Shown here: one piece after another, positions 52,458 through 64,000 of the stretch | Layout: the number at the start of each line of letters is the position of its first letter | How positions within the stretch are numbered: the stretch's first letter is position 1 | Origin: Chiloscyllium plagiosum | Taxonomy: Eukaryota | DNA: 64,000 nt | Assembly: GCF_004010195.1 (NCBI RefSeq) | Contig: NC_057718.1 | Span: 14,977,992-15,041,991, forward strand | Direction of reading: 5' to 3' | Position numbers and translations under genes: made by a program | Notes under the pieces: model-generated | Databases searched by the model: none | Told to the model about the DNA's origin: nothing | What the model saw: the letters and a program-made list of their open reading frames with translations, nothing else

Positions 52458-53150
52458 GATTGGCACATATCGAAGGCTGGCCAATTAACAGGAAACAGAA
52501 ACTGTGCATAAGTGGGCTATTTTCTAGTTGGCAAGGTGGAATGAGTGGTGTTCCACATGAATTAATGGTGGGCTCTCAACTATTTACAATTTACACAAAT
52601 AACTTGAATGAAAGGACTGAAGGTACAGTTGCCAAATTTGCTGAGGACAAAGCTAGGTCAAAAAAGGGACATGAGAAAGGAATACAAGGACTACAAAAGA
52701 ATATAACAGGGCCATGTGAGTTATCAAAGATTTGAAAAAAAGTAAAATGTTGGAAAATGTAAAATTGTCTATTTTGGTAGGAAGAACAAAAAAGAAACAT
52801 TATCTAAACAGAGAGAAATTGCAGAGCTCTGAGATGCAGAAGGATCTGAGTGTCCTGGTGCATGAATCACAAGAGGTTAGAATGCAGGTACACCAAGTAA
52901 TTAGGTAAGCAAATAATGTTATAATTTATTGTAAGGGGAATTTAATACAGAAATAAGTAGGTTATATTTCAATCATGTGGGTTACTGGTGAAACTATATG
53001 AGGAGTACTGTGCATAGTATTGGTCACCATATTTAAGGAAAGGCATGAATGCATTGGAAGCAGTTCACAGAATGTTTACTAGCCTATTACATGGAATGGA
53101 CAGGTTTTGTTGTTATGGAGAATCTAGACTGAGGGGTCAGTGCTTAAAGT

Positions 53151-53478
53151 GGGCGGCACGGTGGCACAGTGGTTAGCACTGCTGCCTCACAGCGCCAGAG
53201 ACCCGGGTTCAATTCCCACCTCAGGCGACTGACTGTGTGGAGTTTGCACATTCTCCCTGTGTCTGCGTGGGTTTCCTCCGGGTGCTCCGGTTTCCTCCCA
53301 CAGTCCAAAGATGTGCAGGGTCAGGTGAATTGGCCATGCTAAATTGTCCGTAGTGTTAGATAAGGGGTAAATGTAGGGGTATGGGTGGGTTGCGCTTCGG
53401 CGGATCGGTGTGGACTTGTTGGGCCGAAGGGCCTGTTTCCACACTGTAAAGTAATCTAATCTAATCTAATCTAATCTA
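53151..53478 (+). mobile_element. HE1-type SINE, young copy
   Basis: CpG-intact head GGGCGGCACGGTGGCACAGTGGTTAGC, B-box GGTTCAATTCCC, (AATCT)5 tail; closely similar to 143-463. Confidence 0.94.
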
Positions 53479-54380
53479 AAAAAAAACCGAAGGAATTACA
53501 AAGTTAACAAAGAGCTGAGCAACATCTTTTGTCACAGAGGATCATACACTTTTGGAACTCCCTTACTGAGAGGGCGAGTCCCTGAATATTTTTAAACCAG
53601 GTCAAGTTCAATTATTGTTGAGCAAAAAGATGCAGTCTTATGGGGGGGGAGTTGATGGGAACATGGATTGAATCAGATCAGCCAGAATGTTATTGAATAG
53701 GGGAGCAAGCTTGAGGGGCTGACTGACCTACTCCTGCTCCTAATCAGTACATTCACGTGAATGGAAGGAGAAAAAAAATCAAAAACAGTCTTCGTGACAT
53801 ATTTATTGCTGCTGTATTCCCATCTCACTACAGCCTGTGTTGAATTCTTAACCTTTAAAATCAATCAAATTATGAGCTCCTAAATGGTACAATAATAGAC
53901 TAAAAAGCAATGAATGCACACTATCAAATTCACAATTAGCTCCAATTACTCAACTTACATTAATAAAATATATTGATGACTGCAGCAAATTTTAATGCAA
54001 TGAAGCTTTCCGTTAAAACAAAATTCAGTGACAATTAACGTTAACACTCTCCTTTTAAAATATGGCATAAATTATCACTGGTTCAGCTTTCAAAATCCCT
54101 TATGAAAGCATTTTCTGACAAATATTTTAACACTATTAATCTGCGTAAGGTTCAGTGCACGTTAATGGGCTCCCTGACACTAAAACAGAACAAGAACTAG
54201 TGCACACAAAGATCTCAATCACCCTCAAGAAGTTTGCACTATCCTGCTCATTACTTTATTAAAATCTTATCTAATTTATATTGTTCAATCCTCATTGTCA
54301 CAAATCTCATCTCAGCTGCTGAAAAATTCTAAAACTTTTGAGCTGCGCCTGCATTCCAAGATAATGGCTACATAGTTGCG

Positions 54381-54460
54381 ATGCAAATGCTATTAACCAC
54401 TTCAGAGAGTCTGCGTTGCTGTGGCAACGTGCACTTTTACAAGCATGTTGTAATTAGGAG
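54381..54460. promoter_or_regulatory. Candidate enhancer: RFX X-box palindrome, octamer and TAATTA site
   Basis: CGTTGCTGTGGCAACG (54414-54429), ATGCAAAT (54381-54388), TAATTA (54451-54456) in apparently unique DNA. Confidence 0.45.
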
Positions 54461-54971
54461 CTATGGGCAATAATGGTAAAGACTCTCAATACTCTTTCCT
54501 TCATGTGACTGACCAGGGATCTCTCCTGCTTGTCATTGGTGTGTGTTAAAGGAACTTACAGGTTGATGCACACCCTGTTTGGCAGCGTACTGAGGGTGCT
54601 TTCCTTGGTCATCGAGTCCTGAGGCTGGGACTCAAAAGGCACTGTGCAAAATACAGCAAAAGAAAAATCAAATCTGCCCAACATTCCAAAACATCAAGTG
54701 GTTCATATGTGGAATGGACTTCCAGAGGCAGTGGTCGATGCGGGTACAGTTATAACTGAATAACAACATGAATAAGAAACATTTGAAAGGATATATTGCA
54801 GACTAAGCGCAGGCAGGTGGGACTAGGTTGGGATTATAGTCAGCATGGATGAGTTGGACTGAAGGGTCTGTTTCCATGCTCTATTACTCTTTGATTTCAT
54901 ATGATGAATTACTTAGATTACTTTCACGTTTAGTAGTTAATATCACAATTGTTTTTACAAAATTGGATGCA

Positions 54972-56200
54972 CAGAGTCAAAGAGATGTACAGCATGGAAA
55001 CAGACTTATCAGTCCAAGTCATCCACGTTGACCAGATATCCTAATTTAATCATTTACCAGCATTTAGCCTATATTCCTCTAAAGCCTTCCTATTTATATT
55101 CCCATCCAGATGCCTTGTAAATGCTGTATTGGATCTGCCTCCTCCACTTCCTCTGGGAGCTCATTCCGTACACACATCACCCTCTGTGTGAAATGCTGCC
55201 CTTTAGGTCCCTTTTAAATCTTTCACCTCTCATCTTAAATCTCTGCCCTCTAGTCTTCTCCCATCCTGGGGAAAAGATCTTGTCTATTTACCCTATCCAT
55301 TCCCCTCATGACTTTATAAATCTCTATAAGGTCACCCCTCAGCCTCCACGTTGCAGGATAAATAGCCCAAGCCTATTCAGCTTCTCCCTATAGCTCAAAT
55401 CTTTCAACCTTGGCAACAACTTTGCAAGTCTTTTCTGAACCCTTTCATGTTTTGCAACATCCTTCCTAAGCAGGGAGACCAGAATTGAATGCAGTATTCC
55501 AAAAGTGGCCTAACTAATGTCTTGTACAGCTGCAACATAACCTCCCAGCTCCTATACACAATACTCTGGCCAATAACGGAAAGTATACCAAATGCCTTCT
55601 TCACTATGCTATCTACCTGCGACTCCACTTTCAAGGTAATATGAACCTGTACTCCAAGGTCTCTTTGTTCAGCAACACTCCTCATGACCTTACCATTAAG
55701 TGTAAACGTCCTGCCCTGATTAGCCTTTCCAAAATGTAGTACCTCACATTTATTTAAATTAAACTGCATCTGCCATTCCTTGGTCCACTGGCCCATCTGA
55801 TCAAGATTCTGTTGTACTCTTGAGGTAACCTTCTTCACCATCCACTACACCTCCAATTCTGACATCGTCTGCAAACGTACTAATCATACCTCCTAAGTTC
55901 ACATCCAAATCACTTATATAAATGACGAAAAGCAGTGGACCCAGGACCAATTCCTGTGGCAGACCATTGGTCATAGACCTTCAGTCTGAAAAGCAACCCT
56001 CCACCATCACCCTCTGTCTTCTACCTTCGAACCAGTTCCGCATTCAAATGGCTAGTTCTCCCTGCATGCCATGTGATATAACCTTGTTAACCAGTCTACC
56101 ATGAGGAACCTTGTCGAATGCCTTACTGAAGTCTATGTAGATCACGACCACCGCTCTGCCCTCAACAATCCTCTTTGTTACTTCTTCAAAAAACTTAATT
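54972..56200 (-). mobile_element. HER1/CR1 LINE, ~1.2 kb 3' fragment with RT
   Basis: IYIDFSKAFDKVPHGRL; WQMQFNLNKCEVLHFG...LVRPLLEYCIQFWSP. Confidence 0.94.
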
Positions 56201-59200
56201 AACACATCTGCACTTTTCTCTGAGACTAGCATGAGGGAACTGAGAATGAGGGTTTCCCTTTTAAGACAGAGAACAAAGTTTTTTTTCACTCAGAGGATGG
56301 TTGGAGCATGGGATTCTCATCCCTAAGGTACTAGCAATTGGGTCTTTAAATTTAATGAAAGCTGATATGGACATAAACAAGGGAGTCAAGGGTTAAGGGA
56401 GAACAGATAGCAAAGTAGGGAGAAGACCACAATCAGGTCAACCAGATCTTCTTGAATGGCACGGCAGGACCATAGGGCCAAATGGCCTGCTCCTCTTGCC
56501 AAGTCTTACGATCACAAAGTTAACTGTCATTTGTCGTAAACAGTCAGAATGATTTTTTCACAGTTTAATTTGTGAACTTGTGGAAAATATTGAGCTAAAT
56601 TTAACAACGGGCAGGGAGGGGGTTAGAAAGTATCTAAGGCAAACAGTGTTCATGGCTCACTGGTTCCCAGTCTGACAGTACCCTCAATTTTAAAATGTTC
56701 TTTCTTGTTTTCAAATCCCTTCATACCCTCTGTAACCACCTCCAGACTTCAAACTCCTCATCAGAAACACCATTCTGATTTCTTGCCTCACCCCAATATG
56801 AATTGCTGCAATAATGATGGACATGGCTTCAGCTGCTTTGGGCCAACTCTCTCACCCCCTACTCCAACATCTAGAGGTTATCTCCCTAAATCTCTCCGCC
56901 ATTCTTTCCTCCTTTAAGACACAGCTTAAGAGTTTGGTGTATGGTGCTGCTTGCAAAACCTCATCTCACTGTGACCAAATTTTGAGACCCGTAAATTGCC
57001 AAGAGTGAGAAATGAGAGATCTGAGGGGAGTGGGTTCTGAGAGCAGAACCCAGATAAAGGGGGAACATGGCTGTTCTAACTCTGTCACAGTCCCAAAATA
57101 ATCATGATGTTAACCTCATGACCCCAAAATTTGGTTGGAGACCCCACTTGGGGAATCTACAGACCAGGTTTTGAGTCATCGTCCTAATATCTCCTTATGA
57201 AGCTCGGTGTCAAATTTTGTTTCAATGTTTTCCTGAGAAAGGACCTTGCATAAACTGTTAAGGTACTGCATAAATGTAAGCTGTTGTGAAATATAGAACT
57301 GGAATGGGCCCTTCGGCCCACAATGCTGTGCCAAACATTACACTAAATTAAACTAATCCCTTCTGCTTGCCCTTGGTCCCTATCCCTTCATTCCTTGCAT
57401 ATTCATGTGCTTATCGAGAAGTCCCTTAAACAGCCCTATTTTTCCTGCTTCCACCACCACTGCTGGCAACGTGTTCCAGACTCCTATAATTCTCTGTGGA
57501 AAAAAACTTGCCCCTCACATCTGCTTTGAACTTTCCCCCATTCTCACCATTACGGTTTATTTCAGATCAGAAGATATCATGATAGTTGCATGTGTCAGAC
57601 ATTTGTTTGCACTTTTCACAAAGGGTCAGTTCAACTAAAATGCTGAAGAATGTGATCAAAAGGCCACTGTCTTGTGGGTTAATACTAACAGTAATGACCA
57701 GGGAAAGAGGGGTGAAGTTTAACTGGGTGCCAATTTCCTCTCAAGCATAGGGCATGAAGATAGGTCTTCCTTTTCTGTTAGGGTGGAGGACACAAACTAG
57801 CAGAGGTCCTACCCTTCTCCAAATGTACCATGTGGTGGACATCTCTGCTCTCATACCAGAAAATTGCTGACAAGCAAGTGAAATTACAGGCATTGCAATT
57901 CGTGCAGCACTATGTACATAATTAATGAACTTTAATAAAGAAAGCTACAGATTTTACATAATCTGACAGATTGCAGGATTCTTTAGATATGGGACCGCAT
58001 GCAAATTCTGTTGGTCAAAATCCAGCCAGAATTCCTCCTCCAAATACATGTAACTTGCAACCAAGAGAACAGAGCAGATATAGCTTCATTATCTAAAAGG
58101 ACAGAAAGAATAGGCTTACTGGACTGAAGGTCTGACACGGAATACAACTCTTCTGAGGGACAGGGCAATCCAGTCAGCTGCAGAATAAAAATAGTGTTAT
58201 TATGACAGCCACCACCAGACACACACACACACAACATATCAGTTGTCCCCCCACCCCTCTCTACAGACTTACTCTCTCCAAGTTTGCAAGCCCTCCTGGA
58301 ATGTCCAATTTTCACAACAGAGCGTCAACAGTGATTGCCAATGTACAGGTTAGAAATAGGGAGGGCATTGCAGCCACTTGGTCTCCCTCGCTTCAGCTTC
58401 AAAACTTCACTGGAGAAGGAAAGGAGCTGGGCAGGATAAACCAGGGCGTGAGAGGACTAAGTTAGGGAGTGCTCATTAGACTCAGCTGGAAGTGCCACAT
58501 TTTATCAAGAATGCGAAGGCACCGAAGACAGTGAAGAACCGATGAGCAAGAACAGCTGAGATAATTAGAGAAGTTGGGACTGCTTTTCTTAAACAGGAGA
58601 AGGCTAAGAGGAAATTTGATGGAGGTTTCAAAATCATAAGAGATCTGCACAGAGTAACTGGGGAGGGACAGCTCCTGCTCATAAAACAACCAGGAACAAA
58701 GGGACCCAGATTTAAAATTATTTGCAAAAGTATTAACACAAGACATGAGAAAATATTTTTGACTCGGCGCATAGTTAGGGACTGGGATGTATGGTGGAGA
58801 CATTTTCATTTAAAGTATGAGATGACTATTTGAATATAAACAATGTGCATGGTTTTCAGGAAAGGCAGGAGATTGCCACAGAATTGTAATGTTCATTCGA
58901 GAAACTGGCGAGACAAAATAGGCAGAATGGCCACCTTCTGCACTATAATAATTGTGGGACTGATATTAAACAGAGTCTCTACCTCCCTAATCAGAGTGGA
59001 TATGAAAGCTCCATTTCGCTGATTTTGTTGAAAAGTACAGGCGTTCTTATTGGTTTTTAGCCAATGTTGATCACTCAACTAATATCACAAGCATGGATTA
59101 CCTGACATTCTCACTGTGATGTTTGTTGGAGCTTGCTCTGTGAAACTCTGGCTGCCATATTTCTGACATTACAAGTGACACCATTTCACCATTGGCTGTA

Positions 59201-59307
59201 AACCACTATGGGGCGACCTAAGGTATTGGAAAACACCATGCAAATACAAGCCTTTCTTTCCTTCTTTCATCCACAAGTTTTCTCTAAGACCCTCTTTGAA
59301 TATCACC

Positions 59308-59660
59308 ACAGAATCTCTACAGTATGGAAGCAGGCCATTTGGCCCAATGAGACCACACTGACCCTCCGAATAGTATCCCACCCAGACCCATACTCCTACC
59401 CTATCTCTGTAACCCTGCATTTCCCATGGCTAACCCACCTAACCTGCTCATCCCTGGACACTCTGGGCAATTTAGCATGGCCAATCCATCTAACCTGCAC
59501 ATCTTTGGACTGTGGGAGGTAACCAGAGAGCCCAGAGGAAACTCGCCCATCATGAAGGGAATGCGCAAACTCCACACAGACTGTAGCCTGAGGGTGGAAT
59601 TGAACCCAGGCCCTTCACGCTGTGAGGCAGCAGTGCTAACCACTAAGCCACCCTGCTGCC
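59308..59660 (-). mobile_element. HE1-type SINE
   Basis: Reverse-complement head GAGGCAGCAGTGCTAACCAC and V-domain. Confidence 0.88.
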
Positions 59661-60639
59661 AACCATGGATCTACTGCAGCCACCTGGACAGACTGACACT
59701 GCCTTGTACGATCTAAAGGAGGGCACCTCCAACCATGATGCACTTCCTTAGTCCTACATTCCAGTCTCTGCCTCGAGTGGGGACTTGAATCTACTAAACT
59801 CTGACGCAGAAATGAGCATGCTTTCCTTTGCTGCCACAGAGCGAAACATCCCCATTTAGAAAACAAATGTTTCAGCCATTTCACTGCAAACAAGAAAATG
59901 GGTTTTAATAGTTGGTGGGTTCTAGCTCAATTATAATTAAGGCTGAAATGTCCTTGAAGAATATTAATCTTTCAGCTACACTAATTATCTTCTCTGTTTG
60001 ATTCGGTTTTCTGCATAGATTAAAAAAGTATATGTTTGCACTTGAAGAGGTGAGATCATTCTGATCAATGAGGACAATTAATCTACAAAAAACCCTGTTC
60101 CTTCAGCACTTGCCATTTCATTTTGTATGTACTAATGTACACTGATTGCACTGAGGAATTCGAAAGACAAATCTACAATTTGCCTTTTCTTACGACTGAA
60201 GGTAACAAAAATTATATCGGGTGGTGTGCAATAGAGCTGTCAGTGATTACTACAGAGAAGAGTGATCTTACAAAATGAGAAATCATCATCTATTGCTATC
60301 ATGCTAATATTTAAGTTCTTGTTCCAATTTCCATGCGTTCAGGAGACAGACATTAGTGGTCAGCCCAATATTCACGCAAACAATAATCTATAAGGGGGTC
60401 AGTAAAGCAATGAAATGATGACAGTTAGGAACATTTTAACTGGCATATTTTGGTGTCTCTCCTTCTAGCATTTGAAGGTCACTGGGTTTAGTCTGAAGGA
60501 TGTCTCTGTACATTTGGAAATTGCGCTGTCATAAAAAGTGATGACGTGTATATAAGTGCGGAACTGTGGACACATATGTTGGAATGAGAGCATGTATGAC
60601 AAAGAAAGTATTGTATTTTGGTCGCATGACCATCAAAGA

Positions 60640-61030
60640 GCACCCTACAGACAATGGAGACTTTGCACTATCATCACTCCTGTGATGTCGGAAAAATGGT
60701 TAGCCAGTTTGTGTGGTTGCATGAACAGTAATCTAATAATGATCAGATTATTTGTTTTGTGATGTTAAGTGAAGCATAGACATTGGCCAAGACTCCAGGG
60801 ATAATTCCCCTGCTCTACTTAGAAATAGTGCCACGGCCTGATTTACATCATCCAGGATGGCAAATGGAGCCTTGGTTTGATGCCTCATCTGAAAAGCAGC
60901 ACTTTCAACAATACAGCACTTCCTCACTACCATTCAGGAGTCAGTCAAGATACTTCTGCTTAAGTCTTGGTCTGGAACTTGAACTTATTACCTTAAGAGT
61001 TTGAGGCAACAATGCTACCAAATGAGCCAC
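60640..61030 (-). mobile_element. Deu-domain SINE (SacSINE1-like)
   Basis: Reverse complement of the Deu core: ATTGGCCAAGACTCCAGGG...AAATAGTGCCA...TCATCTGAAAAGCAGCAC. Confidence 0.72.
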
Positions 61031-61416
61031 CAAATTAGCAGTCAGTTTGGTTTCGATACATGTTCACAGCTTCTAAAATCTACTGTGATTATCCACATTA
61101 TTTCTAGGACGTTAAGGTTTTCTTGGCATGTTTTGACCAGTATTGCACAAGTGTGATTCGATCAGAATATTTCCTGGTCTTTTACTTCAACTTGCACTTG
61201 ATTATTTAAAGGGGGGTGAAGGGGGCGAGGGTACTATTATTACAGTGATTTTGCAGGAGGATCAGATCATAGCGTTTCAACATTACTCGCCATATAAATT
61301 TTATTTTAACGTTGTCATGATTTTACATTCTCTCCTGGTTTCAATCAAGCCACTGTGAATAATTGCCAATTGGGCACCTGAGAAGTAAAATCAAAATGTA
61401 ATTACAAAAACAGTAA

Positions 61417-61860
61417 GGTGCAATTTTCTCCTCTCTCTGGTGGTGAGCTTGGAGGAAGAAAGAGCATGAAACTAAGAAAGGTGTCGCAGTACCAGGTGCT
61501 CATCATCCATCGTCTCCACCAAAATCTGGGATGGGAAGGCCCATAATTGACCAGCTCACCTCACTGCCAATTGAGACCTTTGAGTGCCACAGAAGTTCTC
61601 AAAGGCCTCGTCTGCATAGCCAGCTTATCACCTCCAGTGGGAGGTATGGGGTTTGGAAGAGTAGGGGGTGATCGGCCAAAAGGACGCGGCACTTGAGCTT
61701 CCAACCATGGTCCCTGATTCCAGGTAAAGGCCTTTCGATGACCTTATTACTGCTCAATTGGCAGGGCGAGCCTTCCCGTAAAGAGAAACCACAGTTCCTT
61801 TGCCAGCTCGTTAGCCCACAGGCTGGACCCCTCCCCCCGACACCTCAATAAGATTCTGCC
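61417..61860. mobile_element. Possible PIF/Harbinger-type MITE (old)
   Basis: GC-richer block bounded by degenerate inverted ends GGTGCAATTTT / AAGATTCTGCC, with TAA on both sides. Confidence 0.5.
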
Positions 61861-63272
61861 TAATACTCCCCACTTACAGGGAAGCTGTAAAACATAATGT
61901 GTTTCGTACGAATATCTCTTTGCAATGCAAGTACAGGTGAAGGGAATAACGCAAAGTTTGTTCACTGTCTCACTGCCAGGGATGATTTGAAATGGAGGCA
62001 CAATTAAGAGGGGCAAGGAGCAATATCAGCCAAGGATTAAAGGTTAATGAGACATGGCTGGAAAATGGCTCACTGCTCTTACATTTGCAATTACATTTAT
62101 AAAATGTGCCAAATTCCTTTATCATATTAAACTCAACCAAATTCTATAACAATAGGAAACTGAGCCATCAATAGTTGATCTATATATTAACCTACCAGTT
62201 TGAAGATTATCCTTGCCACAAGCCTGGTCATATCAGTTGGAACTTTCGGATAGATACTTCGCAAACATTTACATTCACGCTTGTGGTCCAGCCAAGCTAG
62301 TTTCTAAAGCGAAAAGAAAACACTTTTAACTGAGGATTAACTGGACAAATAATTGCCGATCACTGTAAATCAAACATCGGCAGACAACTCACTACATCCA
62401 TATGGAGAAAATCATACTGAGAATTCCTATAGGTGAGTGACACCCAGGTGTGGAAGGATCAGTGGCAAGTAGCAGTCGAGCCACACAAGTGTCAGACAAT
62501 GATTATTTCCAACAAGGGAGAATCAACCATTGTCCCCATAATCTTCAATTGGAATGACAAATTTTACCTGAATTACACAATTACTGCTCACCATCACCAT
62601 CTCCGGGGCAATCAGTGATGGGAAATAAATGCTGGCCCAACCAGCAACTCCCGTATCTTGTGAATGAATCAAAAGAAAATGGTAAGCACGCCCCCATCCC
62701 TTTACAGGACTGACTAAAATCATTGGAGAGGAGAGAAAGAGCAGACTAAACTCAAGATAAATAATTTGAAGGGCAAATGTTGGGGGATAGTAGGACTATT
62801 CCGAGTTGCTTTTCTCGAGACCTGGCAGTGCCATGATGGATGGAACAAGCTCCATTTGAAAGAAATGTCCTTATTTTAGAGGAGCTTAACATGGTGATCC
62901 ATCCCAAAGCATTTCCCAGGAGTGTTACTGAACAAAATTTGACCTAAGGGGGCCTTGGGCAAAGAGGTAGGCTATTGTGAGGGGAGGGCTGGGGGATACT
63001 CAGCAAAGAAATTAAGATGCTGAGTTCCAAGGGTCCCCTCAGTGTGTTAAACAAGTGCAACAGATTCAAACAACATCCAAAATTAAAGGAAATGTGGTAG
63101 AGGGGAAACAGAAACTCTAATGGGGCACTGTAAAATCCTAAGAGAGACAATCACAACATTAAAGCACTAATTAAATTAATAGAGGAAAAGATTACAGCTC
63201 TACGCATGAAAACGTTTGCCAACACAATAAAATCAAAGACAATGGCTGCGGTTGACTGTCAATATATATCCC

Positions 63273-63597
63273 ATCACATAGAGTCATATAGCACGAAAAC
63301 AGACCCTTCAGTCCAACCAGTCCATGCTGAACATAATCCCAAATGAAACCAGTCCCACCTGCTGACTCCTGGCCCATATCCCTCCAAACCTTTCCGGTTC
63401 ATGCACTTATCCAAATGTTTTTTTAAATGTTGTAATTGCGCCCACATCCACCACTTCCTCAGGGAGTTCATTCCACACATGAAAAACTCTATGTAAAAAA
63501 TTTGCTCCTCACATTTTTTTTAAATCTCTCTCCTCTCACCTGAAAAATGTGCCCCCTTGTCTTGAAATTTTTCCATCCTAGGGAAAAGACATCTACC
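63273..63597 (-). mobile_element. HER1/CR1 3' end
   Basis: CATAGAGTCAT tail, AACAGACCCTTCAGTCCAAC, CCACCACTTCCTC. Confidence 0.9.
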
Positions 63598-64000
63598 ATT
63601 GTTGCACCAAAGCTGCCATAAAACCCACAAGTCTTTAAGAATTGGTTGAAAAAGAGAAAAATGGCAACAAGATGAAGACCTAAAAATAAAACTTGGCGCT
63701 TTACCTGCCTGGTAGACAACACGTTTAGGAAAGACAAATACTGTAAACTGGCAAGTCGATCTGTTTAAACACCAAGAAAGGTAAGGAGACTAAAATAGCA
63801 GCAGGTGGAATGAACTGCAAGTCAACAAACAAAAGAAAGCTGTCAAAAAATTTTAAATTTTAAACAAAGGTGAATTCAATTCCAGAACCACAATTGGGCA
63901 GAAAGAAAATTGGTCAGAAATTCATTCACTTAAATAAAAAAGACTTAAATTCATGCATCTTTCACCACCACTTAAGTACTACACAATTGTTCATGTTTTG

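Overview
Eukaryotic, repeat-dense genomic DNA, most likely from a cartilaginous fish (shark). This is inferred from tRNA-headed HE1-type V-SINEs, some with (AATCT)n tails, their partner HER1/CR1 LINEs and a Deu-domain (SacSINE1-like) SINE. Roughly half or more of the window (estimated by eye) is truncated, often nested retroelements: CR1/HER1, a second CR1-related LINE, L2, RTE and Rex1-type tails, several SINE families, Penelope-like elements (PLEs), one or two solo LTRs and two MITEs. No intact, recognisable protein-coding gene is present; nearly all listed ORFs are TE-derived or chance. A few weak minus-strand exon candidates and CNE-like islands suggest a large intron or intergenic region. 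The most informative structures are about 10 minimal hammerhead-ribozyme motifs in PLE termini (one fully intact), PLE fold-back insertions with long target-site duplications, a CpG-rich Tigger/pogo-like MITE, two locally templated insertions inside young LINEs, a solo LTR with a reciprocally CpG-decayed TSD, and a 28-bp minisatellite. Family names come from recalled consensus motifs, not a database search, and the boundaries of old repeats are approximate.
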